Shown here in pieces: positions 17,929-26,495 of a DNA stretch of 64,000 nucleotides. Source of the DNA: Alphaproteobacteria bacterium. GTDB lineage: Bacteria > Pseudomonadota > Alphaproteobacteria > Rickettsiales > UBA3002. The stretch spans positions 20,796-84,795 of the forward strand of contig JANRKD010000007.1 of the NCBI GenBank assembly GCA_033763655.1, read 5' to 3'. The position numbers were made by a program, and so were the translations under genes. The notes beneath the pieces are model-generated. The model made no database searches. It was given only the letters and a program-made list of their open reading frames with translations, and was not told the DNA's origin. Positions within the stretch are counted from its first letter, which is position 1. Every line of letters begins with the position of its first letter.

Positions 17929-18867
17929 ATGCACCTCATCCGCTCCCTGCCCGCATTGTCCGATGCCATGACCGCGATCGCCATCGGCAATTTCGACGGG
18001 CTGCATCGCGGGCATCAGGCAGTGATTGACACCATGCACGCGGCGGCGGCGGCACGGGGGCTGGTGCCCGGCGTGCTCACCTTCGAGCCGCACCCGCGCC
18101 GCTTCTTCGCCCCGGCCAGCGCGCCCTTCCGGCTGCTACGCCTGGCCGATAAACTGGCCGGGCTGCGCGCGCTTGGGGTGGCGCGCGTCGCCATGCCGCG
18201 CTTTACCCGCGCCTTTGCCGACATGCCTGCCGAAACTTTCCTCGACCAGGTGCTGGGCCGACAGCTTGGCGCCAAAATCGTCGTCACCGGCGAGAATTTC
18301 GCATTCGGCGCGGGGCGGCGGGGTGATCGCGCCACGCTCGTAGCCTGGGGGGCGGCCCATGGCGTTGAAATCCTCACCGTACCGCCGGTGCGGATTGACG
18401 GCGAAATCTGTTCTTCAAGCACCATCCGCGCGGCGGTGGCGGCGGGCGATGTCGGCCGCGCCGCGCAATGGCTCGGCCACCCATACCGGCTCAGCGGGCG
18501 CGTGGTGCATGGCGCTGGGCGCGGACGCAGCATCGGCTTTCCCACGGCCAATATTCTGCTACCGCCCGACCTGCTCACCCCCGCTTACGGCGTTTATGCG
18601 GTACAGGCCCATACCGATAATGCAACCTATGCGGGCGTTGCTAATTTTGGCATTCGCCCGACGGTAACTGTGGATAGTGTGGCGAGCCTTGAGGTACATC
18701 TCTTTGATACTCTGCAGGAAATATACGGGGAAAAACTGACGATCTCGCTTGTGCATAAGATTCGCGACGAGCAGAAGTTCGAAAATCTCGCCGCCCTCAC
18801 CGCACAAATCGCCCAGGACTGCGCCACCGCGCGCGACCTGCTTGCCCGCCACGCGCCCACCTCCTGA
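17929..18867 (+). CDS. ribF: Riboflavin kinase / FAD synthetase
   Basis: IGNFDGLHRGHQ, TFEPHP, SSSTIR, GFPTAN, G.RPT, EVHLFD, IRDEQKF. Confidence 0.95.
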   Translation: MHLIRSLPALSDAMTAIAIGNFDGLHRGHQAVIDTMHAAAAARGLVPGVLTFEPHPRRFFAPASAPFRLLRLADKLAGLRALGVARVAMPRFTRAFADMPAETFLDQVLGRQLGAKIVVTGENFAFGAGRRGDRATLVAWGAAHGVEILTVPPVRIDGEICSSSTIRAAVAAGDVGRAAQWLGHPYRLSGRVVHGAGRGRSIGFPTANILLPPDLLTPAYGVYAVQAHTDNATYAGVANFGIRPTVTVDSVASLEVHLFDTLQEIYGEKLTISLVHKIRDEQKFENLAALTAQIAQDCATARDLLARHAPTS

Positions 18868-18880
18868 AAGAGAGCCGCCG

Positions 18881-19390
18881 ATGCCGTCTGAAAATCCCGT
18901 CACCCCTGCCCAGCGTCGCCGCCGCCTGCAAGGACTGCTGGCCGTTGCCCTCACCGTATTCCTAATCGATCAGGGCAGCAAATACTGGCTGATTCATGTG
19001 CTCGATGTCCCGGCCCACGCGCCGATGCATCTCACCCGCTATTTCGCCCTGCTGATGGCCTGGAATACCGGCGTCAGTTTCAGCATGTTCGCGCATAGCG
19101 CATCGTGGATGCCGTCCCTGCTCACCGCCGCCGCTCTGCTGATTTCCGCCCTGCTGGTGCGGCTGTGCCTGCACAGCCCCCATCGCTTCGCCCGCCTCGG
19201 CTATGCGCTGGTGATTGGCGGCGCGCTCGGCAACGCGTTCGACCGTCTGCGTTTTGGCGCGGTCGCCGATTTCTTCTACTTCCATATCGGCACGCTGGGC
19301 TGGCCCGCGTTCAACGTCGCCGATATGGCGATTGTCAGCGGGGTCGGCCTGCTTTTATTTTCCACGGTACAACACCCAGCGCGTCCTTGA
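18881..19390 (+). CDS. lspA: Lipoprotein signal peptidase
   Basis: DQGSK, WNTGVSF, GGALGNAFDR, V.DF, FNVAD. Confidence 0.95.
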   Translation: MPSENPVTPAQRRRRLQGLLAVALTVFLIDQGSKYWLIHVLDVPAHAPMHLTRYFALLMAWNTGVSFSMFAHSASWMPSLLTAAALLISALLVRLCLHSPHRFARLGYALVIGGALGNAFDRLRFGAVADFFYFHIGTLGWPAFNVADMAIVSGVGLLLFSTVQHPARP

Positions 19391-19421
19391 AATTCTGAAC
19401 CGAAGGTGTAGGTTGCTGCGC

Positions 19422-20027
19422 ATGAATCCCCTGTTGAAACGTTGCGTTGTCCTGTTGCCGCTGCTGCTCGCCGCCTGCGAGGATGGTGCCGTACGCAATA
19501 CGCTCGGCCTCAACCGCCCCGCGCCGGACGAGTTTACCGTTGTTTCGCGCCCGCCATTGTCGCTACCGCCCGAGTTCACCCTGCGCCCGCCGCGCCCGGG
19601 CGAAGCACCGCGTGGCATCGCGACCGATGAACAGGCCCGCGCGCTGCTGACCGGCAAACCCGCCACCCAAACCCGCGACGCCGAGGCGCTCGACGCCCCG
19701 GCGACGGATACGGCGGTGGCCCCGGTATTGCGCAACGATACGCTGAGCGAAGGCGCCAACCGCCTGCTCACACGGGCAGGCGCCACCACGGCAGATGAAT
19801 CCATCCGCAGCAAACTGACCGAAGATGCCGCCACCCCGCCCGACACCAGCACGGCCACTTCGCTGGTCGATGCACTGAACGGGGCGGAAAAAAACGAACC
19901 CACCGTTGACGCCGCCAAAGAAGCCGAGCGCCTGCGCAGCAACAAAGATGCAGGCAAACCCGTCACCGAGGGCGCCGTGCCCGAGGAAAAACCCAAAAAA
20001 CGCTCGCTGATTGACCGAATCTTCTAG
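19422..20027 (+). CDS. DUF3035 family lipoprotein
   Basis: LLAAC lipobox, APDEFTVV.RPPLS.PP.F.L.PP.PG motif; conserved position after lspA. Confidence 0.85.
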   Translation: MNPLLKRCVVLLPLLLAACEDGAVRNTLGLNRPAPDEFTVVSRPPLSLPPEFTLRPPRPGEAPRGIATDEQARALLTGKPATQTRDAEALDAPATDTAVAPVLRNDTLSEGANRLLTRAGATTADESIRSKLTEDAATPPDTSTATSLVDALNGAEKNEPTVDAAKEAERLRSNKDAGKPVTEGAVPEEKPKKRSLIDRIF

Positions 20028-20045
20028 GCACCCCCATAGGCATTG

Positions 20046-21458
20046 ATGCTGAAACGCTATTTCATCCCCCTCGTTCTTGTGCTGGCCGCCGCGGCGGCGG
20101 TGATTTATTTCTACGGCGGGCGCACCACCCGCACCCGCGACATGCGCATTCTGGTGCCGGTCGAACGCTTCAGCCTCAGCAACGGCCTCACCGTGGTCGT
20201 CATGCCCAACCACCGCATCCCGATTGTCACCCACCTGCTGGTGGTCAAAGCCGGCAGCGCCGATGATCCGCAGGGCAAATCGGGCCTTGCCCATTACCTC
20301 GAACATCTGCTGTTCACCGGCACCGAAAATTTCCCCGAGGGGGCGTATGACCGCGCCATTGCCCGCGTCGGCGGCGCGCAGAACGCCTTTACCACCCGCG
20401 ACTACACCCTCTATTACGCCACCGTGGATAAAAAACATCTGGCGCGCGTCATGACCATGGAGGCCGACCGCCTCGCCAACCTCGCCTTCGATGCCCCCCG
20501 CGCCGCGCGCGAACTGAAAATCATCACCGAAGAGCGCGCCATGCGTGTCGATACCAACCCGGCGGCGCAATGGCAGGAACAGCTCGACGCGCTGACCTTC
20601 CTCAACCATCCCTACCGTCGGCCCGTCATTGGCTGGGCCGAGGATATGGCTGGCTTCACCGCCGAGGATGCGCGCGACTTTTTCACCGCCAATTACCGTC
20701 CCGGTAACATGGTGCTGCTCGTCGCAGGGGATACCACCGCCCGCGAAGTGCGCCGCCTCGCCCAACGCTATTACGGCGGCCTGCCTGCCGGAGATGTCGC
20801 CGCCCGTAACTGGCCAAACGACCCCCCGGCGCGGCTTACCCGGCGCGGTAACATGCGCGACGCGCGCGTCAACGAGCCACGCCTGTTGCGCCAATATGCG
20901 GCACCGGGCGTGCGGGTCGGCGCCACCGGTCAGGCCCTGCCGCTTTCGGTCTTTGCGCACTATCTGGGCGGCGGCGATGCCAGCGTGCTCTACACCGCAC
21001 TGGTGCGCGAACAGAAACTGGCCAGCAGCGTGCGCGTCGATTACGATCCCATCCGCCTCGGCCCCGGTCTGTTTCGCATCCATGCCATCCCGGCAAGCGG
21101 GGTGAGCCTGCCGCAACTCGAAGCGGCGCTCGACCGCACCCTCGCGCAGGTGCTCGCCACCCCGCCCGACACGGCGGCAATTGCCCGCGCTAAAACCCTG
21201 CTGACAGCCGAAATCACTTTCGCGCAGGATGGGCTTGAGTCCCTCGCCAACGTCATGGCCGGGCTTTACGCCATCGGGCTGGATGAGCAGTTTTTCTACG
21301 ATTGGGCCGACAATGTCGCAGCGGTGGACGATGCCGCCGTGCTCGCCGCCGCCCGGGCGCTCATCACCCCTGACGGCGGGGTCACCGGCACCCTGTTGCC
21401 CGCCCCGGTCACCCCTGTTGCCGCCCCCCCGCTGATGGAGGCTACCGATGCGCCCTGA
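20046..21458 (+). CDS. M16 family zinc peptidase, catalytic subunit
   Basis: LSNGL, GLAHYLEHLLF inverted zinc motif, NAFT..D.T.Y, HPY..PVIGW. Confidence 0.92.
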   Translation: MLKRYFIPLVLVLAAAAAVIYFYGGRTTRTRDMRILVPVERFSLSNGLTVVVMPNHRIPIVTHLLVVKAGSADDPQGKSGLAHYLEHLLFTGTENFPEGAYDRAIARVGGAQNAFTTRDYTLYYATVDKKHLARVMTMEADRLANLAFDAPRAARELKIITEERAMRVDTNPAAQWQEQLDALTFLNHPYRRPVIGWAEDMAGFTAEDARDFFTANYRPGNMVLLVAGDTTAREVRRLAQRYYGGLPAGDVAARNWPNDPPARLTRRGNMRDARVNEPRLLRQYAAPGVRVGATGQALPLSVFAHYLGGGDASVLYTALVREQKLASSVRVDYDPIRLGPGLFRIHAIPASGVSLPQLEAALDRTLAQVLATPPDTAAIARAKTLLTAEITFAQDGLESLANVMAGLYAIGLDEQFFYDWADNVAAVDDAAVLAAARALITPDGGVTGTLLPAPVTPVAAPPLMEATDAP

Positions 21459-22800
21459 CCTGCTTTCGTACCGCCCGGCGCGGCGGATATTCCTGCCGTT
21501 GCTGGCGGCGCTGCTGTTTGCACCGCCCTCGCTGGCCGCCGTACGCGTTGAAACCACCGGCCTTGGGCATGGGGTCAAGGCCTGGTACGCCCGCAACGAA
21601 ACCGTGCCGGTGGTCGATGTCATCCTCAGTTTCGAAGGCGCCGGCAGCGCCAGCGATGCCGAGGGCAAAGCCGGACGGGCCGCCTTTGCTGCCGCCCTGC
21701 TCACCGAAGGCGCCGGCAACCTCGATAGCGCCGCCTTCCGCCGCGCGCTCGAGGAAAACGCCATCCAGATCGACGCTTCGATTGATGAAGACCGCCTGAA
21801 AATCCACATCTACTGCCTGCGCGACCACGCCGTGCGGGCGGGCGAACTGCTGGCCCTCGCCCTCGGTCAGCCTACCCTCGCCGATGCCGACCAGCAGCGC
21901 ATGAAGGCCGACATTGCCTCGCTCATCGCCCGGCTTAACGAACAACCCGGCTACCGCGCGCAACGGCTGCTTAACGCGCATGCCTTCAAAGGCCACCCCT
22001 ACGCCAACGCCCCTTACGGCACACCCGAGAGCGTCGCCGCCCTCGACGCGCAGGACGTGCGCAACTACCTTGGCACCTATGTCACACGCGGCAATCTCCT
22101 CATCGCCGCAGCGGGCGATGTCGATGCCGGCCTGCTCGACGCCATGCTTTCTCCGGTGGTGGATGCCCTCGCCGGCAACGACGCCGGTGCCGTCGCCGCC
22201 ACCCCGGCCCGCATGCTCGGCGCGGGGGAAACCTTGCACCAGCCCATGCCCGTGCCGCAGACGACCATCCTCTTTGCCGCACCTGCTTTCGCGCGCGAGG
22301 ACGCACGTTTTTACGCCGCCACCCTGCTCAATCACATCCTCGGCGGCAACGCCCTGCTCTCGCGTCTGGGCGAGCAGGTGCGCCAGCAGCAGGGGCTGGT
22401 CTATTCCATCGACACCGATCTGGACGTTAAGCGCGGCGCTTCCCTGCTCAGCGGGTCGCTCGCCACCCGCAACGCCCGGACGCCGGAGGCAATCGCGGCG
22501 GTAAAAGCCGTCCTTGGCGACCTGCACGCACGCGGCGTCACCTCGGAGGAATGCGCCGATGCCAAAAGCTACGTCATCAGCGCCTATGCCCGCAAACTCG
22601 ACAGCAGCCGCGCGGTGAGTGAAGCCCTACTCGGCATGCGCATCCATCATCTGGGCAGCGATTACCTCGAAAAGCGCGAGGGGATTTTCAAGCAGGTCTC
22701 CTGCCGCGATATCAACGCCGTAGCGGCGGAATTGCTGGCCCCATCGCGCTTCCTGTTTGCGGTGGTCGGCGGCGATACCGACCCACAGGCGGCGAAATAA
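21448..22800 (+). CDS. M16 family peptidase, non-catalytic subunit
   Basis: M16-type sequence without HxxEH; LNHILGG...SRL...VR...GLVY R/Y pair. Confidence 0.9.
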   Translation: MRPDLLSYRPARRIFLPLLAALLFAPPSLAAVRVETTGLGHGVKAWYARNETVPVVDVILSFEGAGSASDAEGKAGRAAFAAALLTEGAGNLDSAAFRRALEENAIQIDASIDEDRLKIHIYCLRDHAVRAGELLALALGQPTLADADQQRMKADIASLIARLNEQPGYRAQRLLNAHAFKGHPYANAPYGTPESVAALDAQDVRNYLGTYVTRGNLLIAAAGDVDAGLLDAMLSPVVDALAGNDAGAVAATPARMLGAGETLHQPMPVPQTTILFAAPAFAREDARFYAATLLNHILGGNALLSRLGEQVRQQQGLVYSIDTDLDVKRGASLLSGSLATRNARTPEAIAAVKAVLGDLHARGVTSEECADAKSYVISAYARKLDSSRAVSEALLGMRIHHLGSDYLEKREGIFKQVSCRDINAVAAELLAPSRFLFAVVGGDTDPQAAK

Positions 22801-22836
22801 CCGGCGCTTCCCTGCCGCCACACCCCTAAGGCACCC

Positions 22837-24678
22837 ATGGCCACAGCTTCCACCATCCGCCGTCTGCCCGCGACCCTCATCAACCGGATTGCCGCAGGCG
22901 AAGTCATCGAGCGCCCGGCATCGGTGGTCAAGGAGCTGGTCGAAAACGCCATCGATGCCGGGGCAAGCGACATCGAGGTGACGCTCGAACAGGGCGGCAT
23001 CAGCCTCATCCGCGTGCGCGACAACGGGCGCGGCATGGGGCCGCACGACCTGCCCCTCGCCCTCGAACGCCACGCCACCAGCAAACTGCCCGACGACGAT
23101 TTGCTCGCCATCCATTTCATGGGGTTTCGTGGCGAGGCGCTGCCTGCGATCGGCTCCATCTCGCGCACCCGCATCAGCAGCCGCGCGCAGGGGGCGGAGG
23201 AAGCCTTCAGCCTCAGCGTCGAGGCGGGGGTGCTCGGCGACATCGTGCCGGCGGCCTTAAGCACCGGCACCCTCATCGAAGTGCGCGACCTGTTTTACGC
23301 CATTCCCGCGCGGCTGAAATTCCTGAAATCCGTGCGCAGCGAAATCAACGCCGTGGTGGACATTCTCGAACGCCTCGCCATGGCCCATCCCGATATTCGT
23401 TTCCGCCTGACGCATGAGGGCCGCCTGCTGCGCGACTTCCCCGCTTTGACGATGGACTGGATCAGCGCCGCCCCGGCCCGGCTCGAAAAAATCCTTGGGG
23501 CGGGCTTTGCCGCCAACACCGCGCCGGTGGAAATGCAGCGCGAGGGCATTCGCGTCACCGGCTTTGCGGGCCTGCCGACGTTTCACCGCAGCACCAGTCA
23601 GGCGCAGTATCTTTTCGTCAACCGCCGCCCGGTGCGCGACCGGCTGCTGCTGGGCGTCATCCGCGCCGCCTACCAGGATTACCTCGCGCGTGACCGCCAC
23701 CCCGTCGCCGTGCTCTTTATCGAGCTGCCCGGCACGCAGGTCGATGTCAACGTCCACCCCGCCAAATCCGAAGTGCGTTTCCGCGATGCCCAACTGGTGC
23801 GCGGGCTGATGTTAAGCGCCGTACGCGCCGCCATCGGCACCACCGCGCAACGCGCCGCCACCACCGTAGCCGATCAGGCGCTGGCGGCGTTTAAGTATGG
23901 GTTGATTGAGAGGGACCTTGTCCCCCACGCTGCGCTGCCCCCTGCCGCGAGCGGTTCGCCCGGAGGGCTACACACGGCTTATTCCAGCCATGCATTTGCT
24001 GCACCCACCGCCCCACTTTGGGGCCGTGACTACTTACCTCCGCAGCACCGCAGCGAAGCCACCCTCCACCAGCCCCTGCCGCCCGCCGCGATGGCCGAGT
24101 ATCCACTTGGCGCAGCGGTGGCCCAGCTTCACCACACCTACATTGTCGCCCAGACGCAAGGCGGGCTGGTGCTGGTCGATCAGCACGCCGCGCACGAGCG
24201 CCTGATGTACGAGACATTCAAGGCCGCGATGGCGTCAGGCGGGGTGCCGCGCCAGCTCCTGCTCCTGCCCGAACCGGTCGAGCTGACCGATGCGCAGGCC
24301 GACCGCCTGATGGGCCGCGCGGCAGAGTGGGCGCAGCTTGGCCTCGTGCTCGAACGGTTCGGCGACGCCAGCGTGCTGGTGCGTGAAGTGCCCGCCCTGC
24401 TCGGGGATACGGACATCGCCGGTCTCGTGCGCGATCTGGCTGACAACCTCGCTTTTTACGATGATGGGCTGGCACTGGCCGATGCGCTCGAAGCCATCCT
24501 CAGCACGATGGCCTGCCACGGTTCCGTGCGCGCCGGGCGGCCAATGAATCTTAACGAAATGAACGCCCTGCTGCGGCAGATGGAGGCCACCCCGTTCTCC
24601 GGCCAGTGCAACCATGGCCGCCCGACCTATGTCGCCCTCGCCAAAGCCGATATCGAAAAGCTGTTCGGGCGGCGTTAG
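22837..24678 (+). CDS. mutL: DNA mismatch repair protein MutL
   Basis: IAAGEVIERPASVVKELVEN, GFRGEAL, DQHAAHER endonuclease motif, ACH, CNHGRPT. Confidence 0.97.
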   Translation: MATASTIRRLPATLINRIAAGEVIERPASVVKELVENAIDAGASDIEVTLEQGGISLIRVRDNGRGMGPHDLPLALERHATSKLPDDDLLAIHFMGFRGEALPAIGSISRTRISSRAQGAEEAFSLSVEAGVLGDIVPAALSTGTLIEVRDLFYAIPARLKFLKSVRSEINAVVDILERLAMAHPDIRFRLTHEGRLLRDFPALTMDWISAAPARLEKILGAGFAANTAPVEMQREGIRVTGFAGLPTFHRSTSQAQYLFVNRRPVRDRLLLGVIRAAYQDYLARDRHPVAVLFIELPGTQVDVNVHPAKSEVRFRDAQLVRGLMLSAVRAAIGTTAQRAATTVADQALAAFKYGLIERDLVPHAALPPAASGSPGGLHTAYSSHAFAAPTAPLWGRDYLPPQHRSEATLHQPLPPAAMAEYPLGAAVAQLHHTYIVAQTQGGLVLVDQHAAHERLMYETFKAAMASGGVPRQLLLLPEPVELTDAQADRLMGRAAEWAQLGLVLERFGDASVLVREVPALLGDTDIAGLVRDLADNLAFYDDGLALADALEAILSTMACHGSVRAGRPMNLNEMNALLRQMEATPFSGQCNHGRPTYVALAKADIEKLFGRR

Positions 24679-24730
24679 GCGCGGGGGAAGTCGTCAGCCT
24701 CTCTTTTTTGGACAACCTCGTCGATCAGGC

Positions 24731-24836
24731 CCTCTCCCCAGCCCTCTCCCGTGTCACGCCGTCTTTTTCAAACAAGACAGACCCCGTCATTCGACGGGGT
24801 GACAAGTGGGGATAGGGCGCTGTTGGGGTGACAAGC
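24731..24836. repeat. Cluster of degenerate REP/RPE-like palindrome remnants between convergent mutL and purH
   Basis: CCTCTCCCCAGCCCTCTCCCG, TGTCACGCCGTC..., hairpin ACCCCGTC-attc-GACGGGGT followed by GACAAG; GGGGTGACAAG occurs twice. Confidence 0.6.
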
Positions 24837-24886
24837 GGTGAGGCTTGGGGAGTACCGGCGACTGGCTATCGGCCATTGGCGGCTAC

Positions 24887-26452
24887 TCAATGCCTGAAAT
24901 GCCGCTGGCCGGTGAACAGCATGGCGATGCCGTGTGCGTTTGCGGCGTCGATCACCTCGGCGTCACGCAGCGAGCCACCGGGCTGGATAATGAGCGAAAT
25001 CCCCGCTTCCGCCGCCCGTTCGACATTATCAGCAAACGGGAAAAACGCATCCGACGCCAGCACGGCGCCGCGCGGGTCATGCCCATGGGCGCGGGCTTTC
25101 TCAACCGCGATGCGCACGGCATCCACCCGGCTCATCTGCCCGGCACCTACCCCGATGGTCGCACCGTTTTTCACCAGCACAATCGCGTTCGATTTCACAT
25201 GCTGCACCACCTGCCACGCCAGTTGTGCATCGCGCATCTGCGCCGCGCCCGCCGGTGCGCCGGTCACCTGTTTCCAATCCGCCGCCGGGACGCTGCGTTC
25301 GTCCTTCTGCTGCACCAGATAGCCACCGCCGATGGCCTGCACCAGCCAGTGGCAAAGCGGCGAGACATGGGTCTCAGGCGTCGCCAGCAGCAGGCGCAGG
25401 TTCTTTTTCGCCGCCAGCGCCGCCAGCGCGTCGGGCGTGAACCCGGGAGCGGCAATCACCTCAAGAAACAGGCCGCCGATAGCTTCAACCAGCGCCGCAT
25501 CCACCACACAGTTGACCGCCAGAATGCCGCCAAAGGCGCTTACCGGGTCGCCTGCCAGCGCCGCCAGAAAGGCCTGCGTCGCATCCGCCGCACTGGCTAC
25601 GCCGCAGGGGTTGGCATGTTTGATCAGCACGGCGGCAGGCGTTTCAAACCCGCTCACCATCGCCCAGGCCGCATCGGCATCGGCGAGGTTGTTGTAGCTC
25701 AGCTCCTTGCCCTGTAATTGGGTGGCGTTGGCGATGCCGCCCCTAGCATCGAGCCGCCGGTAGAGCGCCGCCGCCTGATGCGGGTTCTCGCCGTAGCGCA
25801 GCGTCTGGGCAAGGCCCGCATCCAGCAGGTAGGCCGGAAAACCCCCGTCGGCGCCGGGGGCATCACCCGCCACCACGCCCGAAAGCCAGCTCGATATCAG
25901 CGCATCATAAGCGGCACAGCGGGCGAAGGCCTTGGCGGCAAAGCGCCGCCGCGCCGCCTGTGGCACGGCATTCGCGTTGCCGCGCATCAGCGTTTCCACC
26001 GCCGCATAATCGGCGACATCGACAATCACCGTCACGCTCGCATGGTTTTTCGCCGCCGCGCGAATCATCGCCGGGCCGCCGATATCGATATTCTCGACCA
26101 GATGGTCATACTCTGCCGTCTGGTTCAGCGTCGCCTCGAACGGGTAGAGGTTGACCACCAGCAAATCGATCATGCCGATGCCGTGCGCCTGCGCGGCCTC
26201 CATATGCGCCGCATCGTCGCGTCGCGCCAGCAAGCCGCCATGCACACGCGGATGCAGGGTTTTCAACCGCCCGTCCATCATCTCGGGGAACTCCGTCACT
26301 GCGCTGACATCGCGCACCGGGATACCCTGCTGCCGCAGGAGTTCGGCGGTGCCGCCGGTGGAAAGCAGCTCCACCCCCTGCGCCACCAGAAACTGCGCGA
26401 ACGGCAGCAGGCCGGTTTTATCGGAAACGGAAATCAATGCACGGCGAATCAT
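24887..26452 (-). CDS. purH: Bifunctional AICAR transformylase / IMP cyclohydrolase
   Basis: RALISVSDK, STGGT, KTLHP, IDIGGP, RYGENPHQ, KHANPCG, ASDAFFPF, RHFRH. Confidence 0.98.
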   Translation of the reverse strand: MIRRALISVSDKTGLLPFAQFLVAQGVELLSTGGTAELLRQQGIPVRDVSAVTEFPEMMDGRLKTLHPRVHGGLLARRDDAAHMEAAQAHGIGMIDLLVVNLYPFEATLNQTAEYDHLVENIDIGGPAMIRAAAKNHASVTVIVDVADYAAVETLMRGNANAVPQAARRRFAAKAFARCAAYDALISSWLSGVVAGDAPGADGGFPAYLLDAGLAQTLRYGENPHQAAALYRRLDARGGIANATQLQGKELSYNNLADADAAWAMVSGFETPAAVLIKHANPCGVASAADATQAFLAALAGDPVSAFGGILAVNCVVDAALVEAIGGLFLEVIAAPGFTPDALAALAAKKNLRLLLATPETHVSPLCHWLVQAIGGGYLVQQKDERSVPAADWKQVTGAPAGAAQMRDAQLAWQVVQHVKSNAIVLVKNGATIGVGAGQMSRVDAVRIAVEKARAHGHDPRGAVLASDAFFPFADNVERAAEAGISLIIQPGGSLRDAEVIDAANAHGIAMLFTGQRHFRH

Positions 26453-26495
26453 GGTTTTTCCTTATCGTGGGGTGAAGCTCTCTCGCATCGGTGCC

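Noticed and set aside
19563-21809. 748-aa minus-strand ORF and the many other long overlapping ORFs
   Set aside because: Antisense or alternate-frame shadows of recognisable genes, expected in high-GC DNA; no motifs.
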